In this document: one piece after another, positions 8,500 to 17,340 of the stretch
Layout: each line of letters starts with the position of its first letter
Position numbering within the stretch: the stretch's first letter is position 1
Assembly (NCBI GenBank): GCA_034678405.1
Contig: JAXDBW010000042.1
Coordinates: 136 to 64,135, forward strand
From: Patescibacteria group bacterium
Lineage (GTDB): Bacteria; Patescibacteriota; Patescibacteriia; UBA10025; JAHIVO01
DNA: 64,000 nt
Direction of reading: 5' to 3'
Notes under the pieces: model-generated
Told to the model about the DNA's origin: nothing
What the model saw: the letters and a program-made list of their open reading frames with translations, nothing else
Databases searched by the model: none
Made by a program: the position numbers and the translations under genes

Positions 8500-9494
8500 A
8501 CTGTATCTTTCACAAATGACGCCTCAAATGCCCACTGCGTGCATTGGTCAATCTGACGCTGGGTCAGGATCTTGTTTTTCTTCAGGAGCTCCTGCTCCTG
8601 CTGGATATTAGTTCGGTACATTTCTGGACCATCAGTATTGATCGTAAACTTGATGTTGTATTTCAAATATTTTTTCACGATGGATCGAAGATCATTGATA
8701 TTACGCACCACCGAATTCTTGAGGTTTGAAGTGGGGCACATTTCGAGAGTGATGTCATTTTCAACTACCTGCTGCATGAGCTTTGGATCCTTCGTACAGA
8801 GAAATCCGTGACCGATCCGATCCGGTTTGATCTTGTTGACGACATAGCGCATCTCGGGAATGTTCCCCTCTTCACCAGTATGGATCGTTACCCCGAGGCC
8901 AGCTGTACGCGCTTGTTTGAAGAGCGGGGCGTGCTTTTTCATGGAGAATGATTTGCGCTGTGGCCCTGCCACGTCGATACCCACGATACCAAATTTCTGG
9001 TACTTAATCGCTTTCTGGAGAATAATCTTATTCTGCTTGAGCGTCAGCATCCGATCCATCATCAGGATGAGGCCAGCTTTCACCTGCGGGTACTCGAGCT
9101 GCGCCTGCTGCATGCCCCAGATAGCGGACATGATCATATGATCGAGATCTTTCTCACCGCCACGATTACGGAACATCGGATTGAATCGAAGTTCGTGCAG
9201 GACAATATTACTGGCACGATAGCCACCACCGATGACGCTCCGGACAGACTCCCGCAGTGGCTCCGGTGATGACTGGATCAGCTCCGTCCAGTGGAAGAAA
9301 TCATAGTGCATCCGGTTGAGGTTGGGATTTTTTTCATCCTCATCCATCGTGATCATTGCTTCGAAATCCCAGTAGTCTTTGCTCGGCAGTTTGACGCCCC
9401 GCTGATGCGCGATCGACCACAGCATGGGCGGTGCTACGGATGAACCGAGGTGAGCATGCAATTCAACGCGCGGTTTCGTATGATTCCGTTTCAT
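8496..9494 (-). CDS. add: Adenosine deaminase
   Basis: 332 aa with HAHL metal-binding motif, TIHTGEEG and TINTDGP motifs. Confidence 0.85.
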   Translation of the reverse strand: MKRNHTKPRVELHAHLGSSVAPPMLWSIAHQRGVKLPSKDYWDFEAMITMDEDEKNPNLNRMHYDFFHWTELIQSSPEPLRESVRSVIGGGYRASNIVLHELRFNPMFRNRGGEKDLDHMIMSAIWGMQQAQLEYPQVKAGLILMMDRMLTLKQNKIILQKAIKYQKFGIVGIDVAGPQRKSFSMKKHAPLFKQARTAGLGVTIHTGEEGNIPEMRYVVNKIKPDRIGHGFLCTKDPKLMQQVVENDITLEMCPTSNLKNSVVRNINDLRSIVKKYLKYNIKFTINTDGPEMYRTNIQQEQELLKKNKILTQRQIDQCTQWAFEASFVKDTV

Positions 9495-9495
9495 A

Positions 9496-10557
9496 TTAAT
9501 AATTCGGAGCTTTCTTGCTAATAGTTATTGAGTGTGGATGCGACTCTTTCAGGCTGGCATGTGATATCTGGATAAATCGCGCTTGCCGCGGCATATCCGC
9601 AATAGTCATCGCCCCGATATAGCCCATGCCACTCTTCAGCCCGCCCACCATATGCCAGATGACGTCCTCGACCGGGCCTTTGTATGGTGTCACTGCCTCT
9701 ACGCCCTCAGGGACATACTTGGTTTTGCCTTTTTGGAAATAGCGATCACTGGATTTGCCGCCCTTCATCGCGCCCAGACTGCCCATACCGCGATACTGTT
9801 TGTATTTCTTACCGCCGATAGTAATGACTGAGCCGGGGGTTTCGGCGGTACCGGACAGCATGGAGCCGAGCATCACGGACGAAGCACCCGCGGCCAGAGC
9901 TTTCACGATGTCGCCGGAGTATTTGATGCCACCGTCGGCTATCACGGGCACCTTTTTCTGCTTTGCTACTTTTACTACATCCATGATGGCCGTGAGCTGT
10001 GGGACACCAATACCAGCCACGATGCGGGTCGTACAAATAGCGCCAGGGCCGATGCCCACCTTCAGCCCGTCAGCGATCGGCAGCAATGCTTTGGCTGCTT
10101 CGGCCGTACCGATGTTTCCCATCACCAGAGGTGTCCTGATGGCTTTTTTGATTTTTCGTGCGCTGGCCATGATCCGCGTGTGATGGGCGTGCGCGCAGTC
10201 GACGAAGATAACGGTCGCCCCGGCTTTGTCTAGCGCTGTCGCGCGCTCAATATCATGTGGTCCGACTGCCGCGCCGACTTGGACCTTCGCTTTCTTCGCT
10301 TCTCGGACCCACTTCACCTGTTGTTCGATAGTACAGTTGCGATGCAGGACGGCCATGCCCCCGAGTTTCCCGAGCGTGATAGCCATCTTCGCTTCACTCA
10401 CCGTATCCATCGCGGCTGAGAGGATCGGTACGTCCAAAAAAACCGTCTGAGTGAGACGGGTCTTGAGATTAATCCGATCACGATCCACCCCGGATTTACG
10501 TGGCTCCAGGAGCACGTCATCAAAGGTAATGCCTTGTCGGATCGCGGGAGTAGCCAT
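9496..10557 (-). CDS. guaB: IMP dehydrogenase / GMP reductase family protein (no CBS subdomain)
   Basis: 353 aa TIM barrel with catalytic loop [10 protein letters not shown] and [24 protein letters not shown]. It is too short to contain the CBS pair, so IMPDH versus GuaC is not resolved. Confidence 0.8.
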   Translation of the reverse strand: MATPAIRQGITFDDVLLEPRKSGVDRDRINLKTRLTQTVFLDVPILSAAMDTVSEAKMAITLGKLGGMAVLHRNCTIEQQVKWVREAKKAKVQVGAAVGPHDIERATALDKAGATVIFVDCAHAHHTRIMASARKIKKAIRTPLVMGNIGTAEAAKALLPIADGLKVGIGPGAICTTRIVAGIGVPQLTAIMDVVKVAKQKKVPVIADGGIKYSGDIVKALAAGASSVMLGSMLSGTAETPGSVITIGGKKYKQYRGMGSLGAMKGGKSSDRYFQKGKTKYVPEGVEAVTPYKGPVEDVIWHMVGGLKSGMGYIGAMTIADMPRQARFIQISHASLKESHPHSITISKKAPNY

Positions 10558-10632
10558 GCGGCTAATAATCTATGTTGTTAAAAATGTTGGAAACAGTATA
10601 CCACGCGTACGAGGATACGTCTACTCTACTAT

Positions 10633-10664
10633 AAAAAGCCCCGACCTGGCAAGCCAGATCGGGG
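10633..10664 (-). terminator. Rho-independent terminator after purA
   Basis: Minus strand: GCCCCGATCTGGCTTGCCAGGTCGGGGC followed by TTTTTAT. Confidence 0.65.
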
Positions 10665-10699
10665 TAGTGTGTATTCCTCCTAGAGAAGTACTGATGTGG

Positions 10700-12145
10700 T
10701 TATTGACGGACGATCAGGTGTGCCCGGTCCGGACCAGTGCTGATGTACCCGTAGTGGCAACCGGCAATCTCCTCGAACGTCTCGATGTACTGGCGGGCGT
10801 TGGCTGGCAGTTTCGCGAAATCGGTCTCGCCGGTGAAATCGTCATCCCACCCCGGCAGTACGGTGTATTCAGGACGAATCTGATCCCACACTTTCGGCGA
10901 GAACGGCATCTGATTCGGGCTGACTGCTGACTGACCGAGTCGATACCCGGTCACCAGCTTCACGGTTTCCAATCCCGTCAGATAGTCGAGTTTTGTCAGC
11001 GCCATCGTGTCAGGTGCATTCACCTGGCAGAAATAGTTGGTGAAAACCGGGTCGCCCCAGCCGAGTCGACGCGGACGGCCCGACGTGGCGCCGTACTCAT
11101 TGCCGACCACCCGCAGGTACTGACCAATCTCCTGGTCACTTGCCCGGCTGGCATTGATCTTCTCACGCATCTCGGCAATCCACGCCGTGCGCTGATCCTT
11201 CGGGATGCGCTTTTCCTTGTCCGTGATGGCATAGTCGCCGAGTTCACTCGGGAACGGGCCGTTGCCGACCCGGTGAGTGATCGCCGTATCGACGCCAATC
11301 TTGTAGCCGACTGCTTCGATGGGCAATCCGGAACCGACGGTGATACCGCCAAACGTACAGAGCCCCTGGGTATTATTGCCCCAGGTGCCCCAGTACGGAT
11401 CGAGCCACATACCCTGGGCACCTTCCCAGAGGATGCGCTTATTCTGATTGCTCCAGGCATCGAACAGATACTGACGGACATCACGGACGTAGGGTCGCAT
11501 CCGTCCGGCAATCGCCGTCAGGTACTCGGTCATTTCATCCGGAGTGTAGATGTGATCGTAATCGACCTCGCCTGCTTCGTGAGATGTAGCGACGGCCGCC
11601 TGCACGTCGGGCAACTGAAATATGCCCTCAAACGAGCGGTAGAAAACCCCCAGCCACCGGCGCAGTTCATCGTCGTCAAAAATCATCGACATATGCGGAT
11701 CCAATCGCAGGCCGATTGAGCCAGCGATCGCGCACATGCCGCGGCCCGTCGTGTAGGCCTTGTTGACGCCTTTGCGATTTTCGAAGTACCACTCGAGAAT
11801 CCGGTGCCACGGCATACTGAGAAACGCTCCGGTATCCACAAACAGACCCTTGAGATCGCCTCCCCGGGAGGCAAATTCATCGACCTCTTTGATCAGCTGG
11901 TACGGATCCACTCGGACGCCCTTGGTCAGGACGCAGATCTTACCAGCTGCCGCCCCGCTCGGGAGCAAATGGCCGACAAACTTGAAATCGCCGACCGTGA
12001 TCGTATGGCCGGCGTTAGCACCACCCTCATAGCGTGCGACAATCTCAGAATCTTCGGCACACGAGTCAACGATTTTTCCCTTTCCCTCATCGCCAACCTT
12101 TGCGCCAATCACGGCCTTGTTCTGTTTCTTCATGCTATCCTCCAA
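10700..12145 (-). CDS. purA: Adenylosuccinate synthetase
   Basis: GDEGKGKIVD P-loop, GGANAGHTI, and a C-terminal GTP-binding region. It is 481 aa, longer than the typical bacterial PurA. Confidence 0.9.
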   Translation of the reverse strand: MEDSMKKQNKAVIGAKVGDEGKGKIVDSCAEDSEIVARYEGGANAGHTITVGDFKFVGHLLPSGAAAGKICVLTKGVRVDPYQLIKEVDEFASRGGDLKGLFVDTGAFLSMPWHRILEWYFENRKGVNKAYTTGRGMCAIAGSIGLRLDPHMSMIFDDDELRRWLGVFYRSFEGIFQLPDVQAAVATSHEAGEVDYDHIYTPDEMTEYLTAIAGRMRPYVRDVRQYLFDAWSNQNKRILWEGAQGMWLDPYWGTWGNNTQGLCTFGGITVGSGLPIEAVGYKIGVDTAITHRVGNGPFPSELGDYAITDKEKRIPKDQRTAWIAEMREKINASRASDQEIGQYLRVVGNEYGATSGRPRRLGWGDPVFTNYFCQVNAPDTMALTKLDYLTGLETVKLVTGYRLGQSAVSPNQMPFSPKVWDQIRPEYTVLPGWDDDFTGETDFAKLPANARQYIETFEEIAGCHYGYISTGPDRAHLIVRQ

Positions 12146-12236
12146 TTCAGGATTATGGGTTTGGGTATTGTCAATGTCAAAAAACCACCCCTACCTTAGG
12201 GCAGAATGCGTCACTTGTCAATCGAATATAGCCAGC

Positions 12237-12881
12237 CTAGTCGATCCGCTGGCAGCCCACACAGGTAAACTCCCCCACTCGTGTCCGCTGGAGAGCAGCA
12301 ATATATCCACCGGTCCCGAGCGCGGCGCCAATATCGCGGGCGAGCGAGCGAATGTACACGCCAGATTCACATACGACTGAGATGGCTAGCTCGGGATAGC
12401 GATAGCCAGTAATGCTAATTGATTTGATCGTGACCGTCCGCGTCCCGAGATTCATCCGTTCTCCAGCTCGCGCCCGTTCGTGAGCCCGTTTACCATGATA
12501 ATGAACAGCGCTATGCTGCGGCGGAGCTTGCTGGATAGTACCGACGAACTGCGGGAGGATGCGCTCAATCTCCTGCTGCGTCGGCGGCTGGGTCACTGAC
12601 TGAGGCGTGATCTCTCCCTCCGCGTCATCAGTCGTACTGGTCGCCCCGAGTCTGATAATGGCATGGTATTCCTTCTCCTGCTGCTGGTACTCAGCAAGTC
12701 GCCGGGTAGCCTCCCGGCCGATACCCACCACTAATACGCCCGAGGCCAGTGGGTCCAGCGTGCCGGCATGTCCGATGCGCCGCTCGCCGGTCTGGCGGCG
12801 GAGTTTGTCGATCACATCGTGCGACGTCATGCCGGATGGTTTGTAGATCGGGATGATCCCTTTGGAAATTGACTCGGTCAT
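12237..12881 (-). CDS. truB: tRNA pseudouridine(55) synthase
   Basis: IPIYKPSGMTSHDVIDKLRR...GHAGTLDPLASGVLVVGIG motifs, including the catalytic Asp. Confidence 0.9.
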   Translation of the reverse strand: MTESISKGIIPIYKPSGMTSHDVIDKLRRQTGERRIGHAGTLDPLASGVLVVGIGREATRRLAEYQQQEKEYHAIIRLGATSTTDDAEGEITPQSVTQPPTQQEIERILPQFVGTIQQAPPQHSAVHYHGKRAHERARAGERMNLGTRTVTIKSISITGYRYPELAISVVCESGVYIRSLARDIGAALGTGGYIAALQRTRVGEFTCVGCQRID

Positions 12882-12886
12882 AGGTA

Positions 12887-13615
12887 TTGCCTAGAATATA
12901 TCATATGCCTGACCAGCGCAATACAACCCTCCCGACCCTGATCGCCTCCGACTGGCATCTCGGGGGGCCTGACGCACAACCAAAACGCATTTTGGATACG
13001 CTCAAACGTGTGCCCTGCAGTCGCTTCATGATGCTCGGCGATATGTATAACGACCCCTCCAGCCATCGCCTGCCCGCGGATGTCCGGGCGCTCGAGGAAT
13101 TCATAAAAAATATTTCCGTTCCGAAAATATTTATCGAGGGTAATCATGACTTCCAGCACCTCAATTCATACATCCCCGACTTAGGGTTTACCCTCTACCC
13201 GCAAGACACGTACTATGCATGGGAACTTAATGGCCATCGCCATATTGCTATCCATGGACTCCAATTTGATGGGTGGGTCTTCCGCTATCCCTGGCTGACT
13301 CGTACTGCCGATCGATTCATTAATCATTTCAAGGAATGGTTCCCGCGTCTCGGGCACTATTTCGACCAGAAAGCGCGCGAACGCCCCCACAAAGTCCCCC
13401 GGATGATCCGTGGCGCGGTTGCTTTTGCCAAAAAACATGGCGCCGACCGAATCTACATCGGACACCACCACGCTCATACCTCGATTGAACGAGTAGACGG
13501 GATCGAAGTGATTAATGTCGGCTGCATGACCAATAAACCTCACGAGCAGTTCTCCTATACGCTCGAGAACCCCGACGGCCGGGTAGAATTTGTGAACGAA
13601 CCAAATCCAGCATAA
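12887..13615 (+). CDS. Calcineurin-like metallophosphoesterase
   Basis: SDWHLGG (DxH), GDMYND (GDxxD) and GNHD motifs. The true start may be the ATG at 12905, because the truB start lies only 5 nt away on the other strand. Confidence 0.75.
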   Translation: MPRIYHMPDQRNTTLPTLIASDWHLGGPDAQPKRILDTLKRVPCSRFMMLGDMYNDPSSHRLPADVRALEEFIKNISVPKIFIEGNHDFQHLNSYIPDLGFTLYPQDTYYAWELNGHRHIAIHGLQFDGWVFRYPWLTRTADRFINHFKEWFPRLGHYFDQKARERPHKVPRMIRGAVAFAKKHGADRIYIGHHHAHTSIERVDGIEVINVGCMTNKPHEQFSYTLENPDGRVEFVNEPNPA

Positions 13616-13676
13616 AAAAGCTGCCACCATCCACGCGGGATAATGGCAGCGTCCTCACATCTAACCGCAGGTGCGG

Positions 13677-13817
13677 CTAGTTTTCTTCGAGATCGAGGCG
13701 TGTCAGAGGTGTCGACGAAGTCGGCGGATCGCAACATAAAAACTGTGCAGCTTCGTTTGGACTGAGCGTCCCTACTTCCTCAACGGTAACGGTCTTCAAG
13801 TCTCGGGTTTCTTCCAT
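13677..13817 (-). CDS. Possible small ORF (46 aa)
   Basis: GGAGGA lies 5 nt upstream of an ATG on the minus strand. Translation is MEETRDLKTVTVEEVGTLSPNEAAQFLCCDPP... I see no homology. Confidence 0.25.
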   Translation of the reverse strand: MEETRDLKTVTVEEVGTLSPNEAAQFLCCDPPTSSTPLTRLDLEEN

Positions 13818-14007
13818 GATGTCCTCCGGACGATTAGAATGGTGCTATTTGGTTTGGTTCTATCTCCACCGTGCCATAGAAAAATTAGGGTGTCAATGCC
13901 TTTTAGAAATGTATTTCTAACGGATTAATAACAAAACGCCCCTATGTGGGGGGTATAGCTGCAGGATACGGGCAATGATGAGATCGTCGCCCTTCTCATC
14001 CCCAATC

Positions 14008-14078
14008 CTGCGGGACCTGGATTCGAACCAGGATTACATGATTCAGAGTCATGCGTCCTACCATTAGACGATCCCGCA
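14008..14078 (-). tRNA. tRNA-Gln (anticodon CUG)
   Basis: Reverse complement is TGCGGGATCGTCTAATGGTAGGACGCATGACTCTGAATCATGTAATCCTGGTTCGAATCCAGGTCCCGCAG. U1-A72 acceptor, 3-bp D-stem, anticodon loop CTCTGAA. The architecture matches E. coli tRNA-Gln. Confidence 0.85.
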
Positions 14079-14140
14079 GGATTGGGGAAGAAATATGGTT
14101 TGTAATGAAGAAAAGATATTCGCCAGGCAGAGCCTGGTCC

Positions 14141-14215
14141 GGCTCCGCCGGAAACCAGGATTACATGATTCAGAGTCATGCGTCCTACCATTAGACGATC
14201 CCGCAGGTCTCAGGG
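14141..14215 (-). pseudogene. Degenerate tRNA-Gln copy
   Basis: The 5' two-thirds is identical to the tRNA at 14008-14078 through the anticodon arm and T-stem. The T-loop is replaced by the hairpin TTCCGGCGGAGCCGGA, and the 3' acceptor (CTCTGCC) cannot pair with the 5' end. Confidence 0.6.
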
Positions 14216-14254
14216 CGAATATATACTATCATAACTGGGTTAGCTTTTGCAGTA

Positions 14255-14300
14255 CATGATTCGGAAGTCTCGAGTCCTACCATTAGAACCTGCCCTGAGC
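14255..14300 (-). pseudogene. Second degenerate tRNA-Gln-like fragment
   Basis: The D-arm TTCTAATGGTAGGAC is conserved, the anticodon region has diverged, and there is no T-arm. Confidence 0.4.
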
Positions 14301-14372
14301 GAAGTCGTAGGGCGATCCCGCAATGGTAATATCTGCACATGCTATCAAAGCGCCGTGCCAGTGTCAAGGATG

Positions 14373-15995
14373 TTAGTTTTCTTCGGCAATGATTTCACCA
14401 CCAAAGACGTCGACCGCCCGCTGGACAGTCGCGTGTACCGGTGGTGTCGGCTCAGCGGGGCGGATCTCATCGAAAGCGCTCGGCTCAATCACCGTCGTCC
14501 CGACGCCGAGCTGGAGCCCAAACTGATCATTTAGGATATCCTGAATCGTCGCCCGCACTGTCGGCTGACCAATGCGTTCAGCATGAAACGCGTGCTGGAA
14601 CGCAATAATTAAGCGCCCGTCCTCAATCGAGTAAGGAGCGGCTACTTTTAGTGACATACCGACCGACCGCTGCTGCTCTGAGATAGCATCAAGTATATTC
14701 GGCCACTGTTTCCGGATTTGCTCGAGACTGGCGGTGGCTTTAGTTTTTGACTTCTTGGTCGCGGGTTTAGCGGGCGTGACTGGTTTCTCGGGCTTCGGAG
14801 TAGCCGCCGGTTCCAGCGTACCGGAAGATGCTGAGGCGGTAGACGGCTGCTGCGCCGCAGGCGCTGGTGTTGATGGAGTCGCGGGTGGCATAACTCCATC
14901 GGACTCATCATCCGTCGTCAATGAAACGATGGCTAGCTCGAGTGGGAGCTGGGGTATCTGCGCAAACCGGAGCTCTTTCTCCGCGGCAACGAATGTTTCG
15001 ATCATAGTGACGAGCTGCGCCGGTGATATCTGCTGCATCATCGCTTCGAAACTGTTGCGCATATCATCATCAAACCCGTACGCCTCAAGCTCATCCTGCA
15101 GACCATGGGCTCGATACAGGAGAGCCACCCGAAGGAATTCGATAACCTCACGAGCGAAGTCCTGGAGCTGGACACCGTCCTGCATGAGTTGATTTATGAG
15201 AGTAATGCCCTCCCCGGTCTGCCGGTTAATAATGCTGGCTACCAGGGCAACTACTGACTGCGTGTTACTCTGCGGAAGAACGAGGGCGGCCTGCTCGGCG
15301 GTAATTTCCTTATCATCGAGAGTCAGGATCTGCCCGAGGAGTACCTCGGCATCACGCACTGAGCCATCGGCCCGTCGCGCAATGGTCCGGAGCACGTCGA
15401 TATCGACCTTCATCTTTTCGGCACTGACGATGTACTCCAGTCGCTCGAGTAGTTTCGGTACGGGTACCCGTTTGAAATCAAACCGTTGGCAGCGGGAAAT
15501 AATAGTTTCTGGGACGCGGTGAATCTCGGTCGTGGCGAGAATAAAGATGACGTGCCCCGGTGGTTCTTCGAGCGTCTTCAGGAGCGCGTTAAACGCGCTG
15601 GGCGATAGCATATGTACCTCATCGATGATAAACACCTTGTACGGTAACCGCTGTGGCGTAAACCGAGCATTCTCTATAATATTTTCCCGGACATTATCCA
15701 CGCCCGTATGTGAGGCTGCATCAATCTCGATCACATCAATAGACTTGCCTGAGATGATCTCCTCAGCTACGCGCTGCCGCTCATCCCCGTGCAGCGACTG
15801 GGTATTGACCGCTTGAGCAAGCAACCGGGCGGTAGTGGTCTTGCCGACACCCCGTGGACCAGAAAAAAGGTACGCGTGCGCGACCCGATTATGCTTGAGC
15901 TCATTTTGGAGCGTGTGGATTATCGGTTCCTGGCCGACGAGCTCATCAAATGATGAGGGCCGGTAGGTCCGATACAGGGCTTGGGACATATACAA
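14373..15995 (-). CDS. dnaX: DNA polymerase III subunit gamma/tau
   Basis: RTYRPSSFDELVGQE...HAYLFSGPRGVGKTTTARLLA Walker A, SRC motif (ISRCQRFDFK), and a proline-rich linker. Confidence 0.92.
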   Translation of the reverse strand: MYMSQALYRTYRPSSFDELVGQEPIIHTLQNELKHNRVAHAYLFSGPRGVGKTTTARLLAQAVNTQSLHGDERQRVAEEIISGKSIDVIEIDAASHTGVDNVRENIIENARFTPQRLPYKVFIIDEVHMLSPSAFNALLKTLEEPPGHVIFILATTEIHRVPETIISRCQRFDFKRVPVPKLLERLEYIVSAEKMKVDIDVLRTIARRADGSVRDAEVLLGQILTLDDKEITAEQAALVLPQSNTQSVVALVASIINRQTGEGITLINQLMQDGVQLQDFAREVIEFLRVALLYRAHGLQDELEAYGFDDDMRNSFEAMMQQISPAQLVTMIETFVAAEKELRFAQIPQLPLELAIVSLTTDDESDGVMPPATPSTPAPAAQQPSTASASSGTLEPAATPKPEKPVTPAKPATKKSKTKATASLEQIRKQWPNILDAISEQQRSVGMSLKVAAPYSIEDGRLIIAFQHAFHAERIGQPTVRATIQDILNDQFGLQLGVGTTVIEPSAFDEIRPAEPTPPVHATVQRAVDVFGGEIIAEEN

Positions 15996-16058
15996 AAGCG
16001 GCGAAATCGATATAAAACGATGCGCATGTATTGTATCTCAAGTCGGACGGCCTGGCAA

Positions 16059-16694
16059 CTAGCCGAGGTCTTCGATGTCCTCGACGACCTCAGTCGCTGG
16101 GGCTTCGGCGGTGGTTGGCGCGGCCATGTCAGCCTCGGTCGGACGAGGTTCGCCCGCTTTGATGATATTTTCGACGGCCCCCCAGTCACTGGCCTGGTCT
16201 TTCGGTACCAGGAGCACTACTTCATCACCCTGTTCGCCCTTGAAATACGTCACGCTTGCGAGGAGTACCTTGTATGAGGCATCACCCACAATGACGCGGT
16301 ATTCATCGGTGGTCTCATCTTTCGCGAGGATGCCGACCACACGCTGGCGGTCGACCGGACCGATCTGTTTGTACATAAACGTCCCATCACCGGTAATGGT
16401 GAGTTTCAGTGTATCACCGACGACGAGTTTTGACTTCGAGGCGTAGTTGGCGGGCACGCTGTATTGTTTCCCATCTGGCCCTACCATGTTTTGCCCATCG
16501 AAGATACCCTCGATGATTTTCTCATCGGCGTTTGATGACATGCTCCCGACGGCTTGCGCCTTCGAGGAAAGCTCACTGATGCTATCATCGTCACCAGCGA
16601 CCTGTGCCAAAAGCTGCCGCGCACTCTCGAGTGAGACATGGGCGGCTTCCACCAGTTTTTTGACTTGTTGGAGTTTATTTTGTTTTGCGGCCAT
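16059..16694 (-). CDS. Hypothetical protein
   Basis: 211 aa ORF immediately upstream of dnaX and co-directional with it. Acidic C-terminus. Confidence 0.5.
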   Translation of the reverse strand: MAAKQNKLQQVKKLVEAAHVSLESARQLLAQVAGDDDSISELSSKAQAVGSMSSNADEKIIEGIFDGQNMVGPDGKQYSVPANYASKSKLVVGDTLKLTITGDGTFMYKQIGPVDRQRVVGILAKDETTDEYRVIVGDASYKVLLASVTYFKGEQGDEVVLLVPKDQASDWGAVENIIKAGEPRPTEADMAAPTTAEAPATEVVEDIEDLG

Positions 16695-16805
16695 ATGTGT
16701 GTTTCGCGTGGGTAAAAACCCTTTGTTTTGCGGTTGATTATTGTTTTTATGCAGCGGTACCAGTGTACCCTAGATACCGCGCTCAGTCAATATATACGAG
16801 ACTAC

Positions 16806-17339
16806 TCACGACACCTCATACATATAGATCGGAATTCGCTGATCACTTGGTTTGTTCACTGTCGTCGGCACCCACTCGGGAATAGCAAAACTATAGGAAA
16901 TAACTTTAGTTCCTGGTTTCAGCTCCCGTTTAAATTTTGGTCCCAGTTTGGCCATGGCTTTCGGCGTCAAGAAACAAAAAATAACCGTGGCCTGTCCGAG
17001 GTCGCGCTGGTAGAAATCAGCAAAGCGAATTTCAACTTGCCGAGATAGGCCGAGCAGGAGAATGTTGAGCCGCGACCAGAGATACGGTAAGAAAGATACC
17101 TCATACCCACAAAACGTAGCCGTAGAATTATGCGCCATGCCAATCAAGACACGCCCATCTCCCGACCCTAAATCATACACGACATCACTATCGTGAATAT
17201 CGGCGAGCTGGATAATACGTTTAATATCCTTTTTGAAAACCGGCAGCCACGGCGCAGCCTTCACCCCGGCATACGCCGCCGTGCCGAGAACCACCACGCT
17301 ACCAACAAATAATGCTGCGGCTGTAATACTGCCAGACAT
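16806..17339 (-). CDS. Class I SAM-dependent methyltransferase, membrane-anchored
   Basis: VYDLGSGDGRVL (motif I) downstream of an N-terminal TM segment. Its start codon is 1 nt from the stop of the upstream ATPase gene. The start is chosen at MSGSITAA; the full ORF reaches 17444. Confidence 0.65.
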   Translation of the reverse strand: MSGSITAAALFVGSVVVLGTAAYAGVKAAPWLPVFKKDIKRIIQLADIHDSDVVYDLGSGDGRVLIGMAHNSTATFCGYEVSFLPYLWSRLNILLLGLSRQVEIRFADFYQRDLGQATVIFCFLTPKAMAKLGPKFKRELKPGTKVISYSFAIPEWVPTTVNKPSDQRIPIYMYEVS

Positions 17340-17340
17340 A

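Noticed and set aside
13925-14191. Minus-strand 88-aa ORF covering the tRNA-Gln region
   Set aside because: The reading frame is composed of tRNA and tRNA-pseudogene sequence.
14648-15816. Several ORFs antisense to or overlapping dnaX (14734-15192, 15196-15522, 15532-15816)
   Set aside because: They are embedded in the conserved dnaX frame, with low-complexity Ser/Arg/Ala compositions from GC-rich antisense reading.
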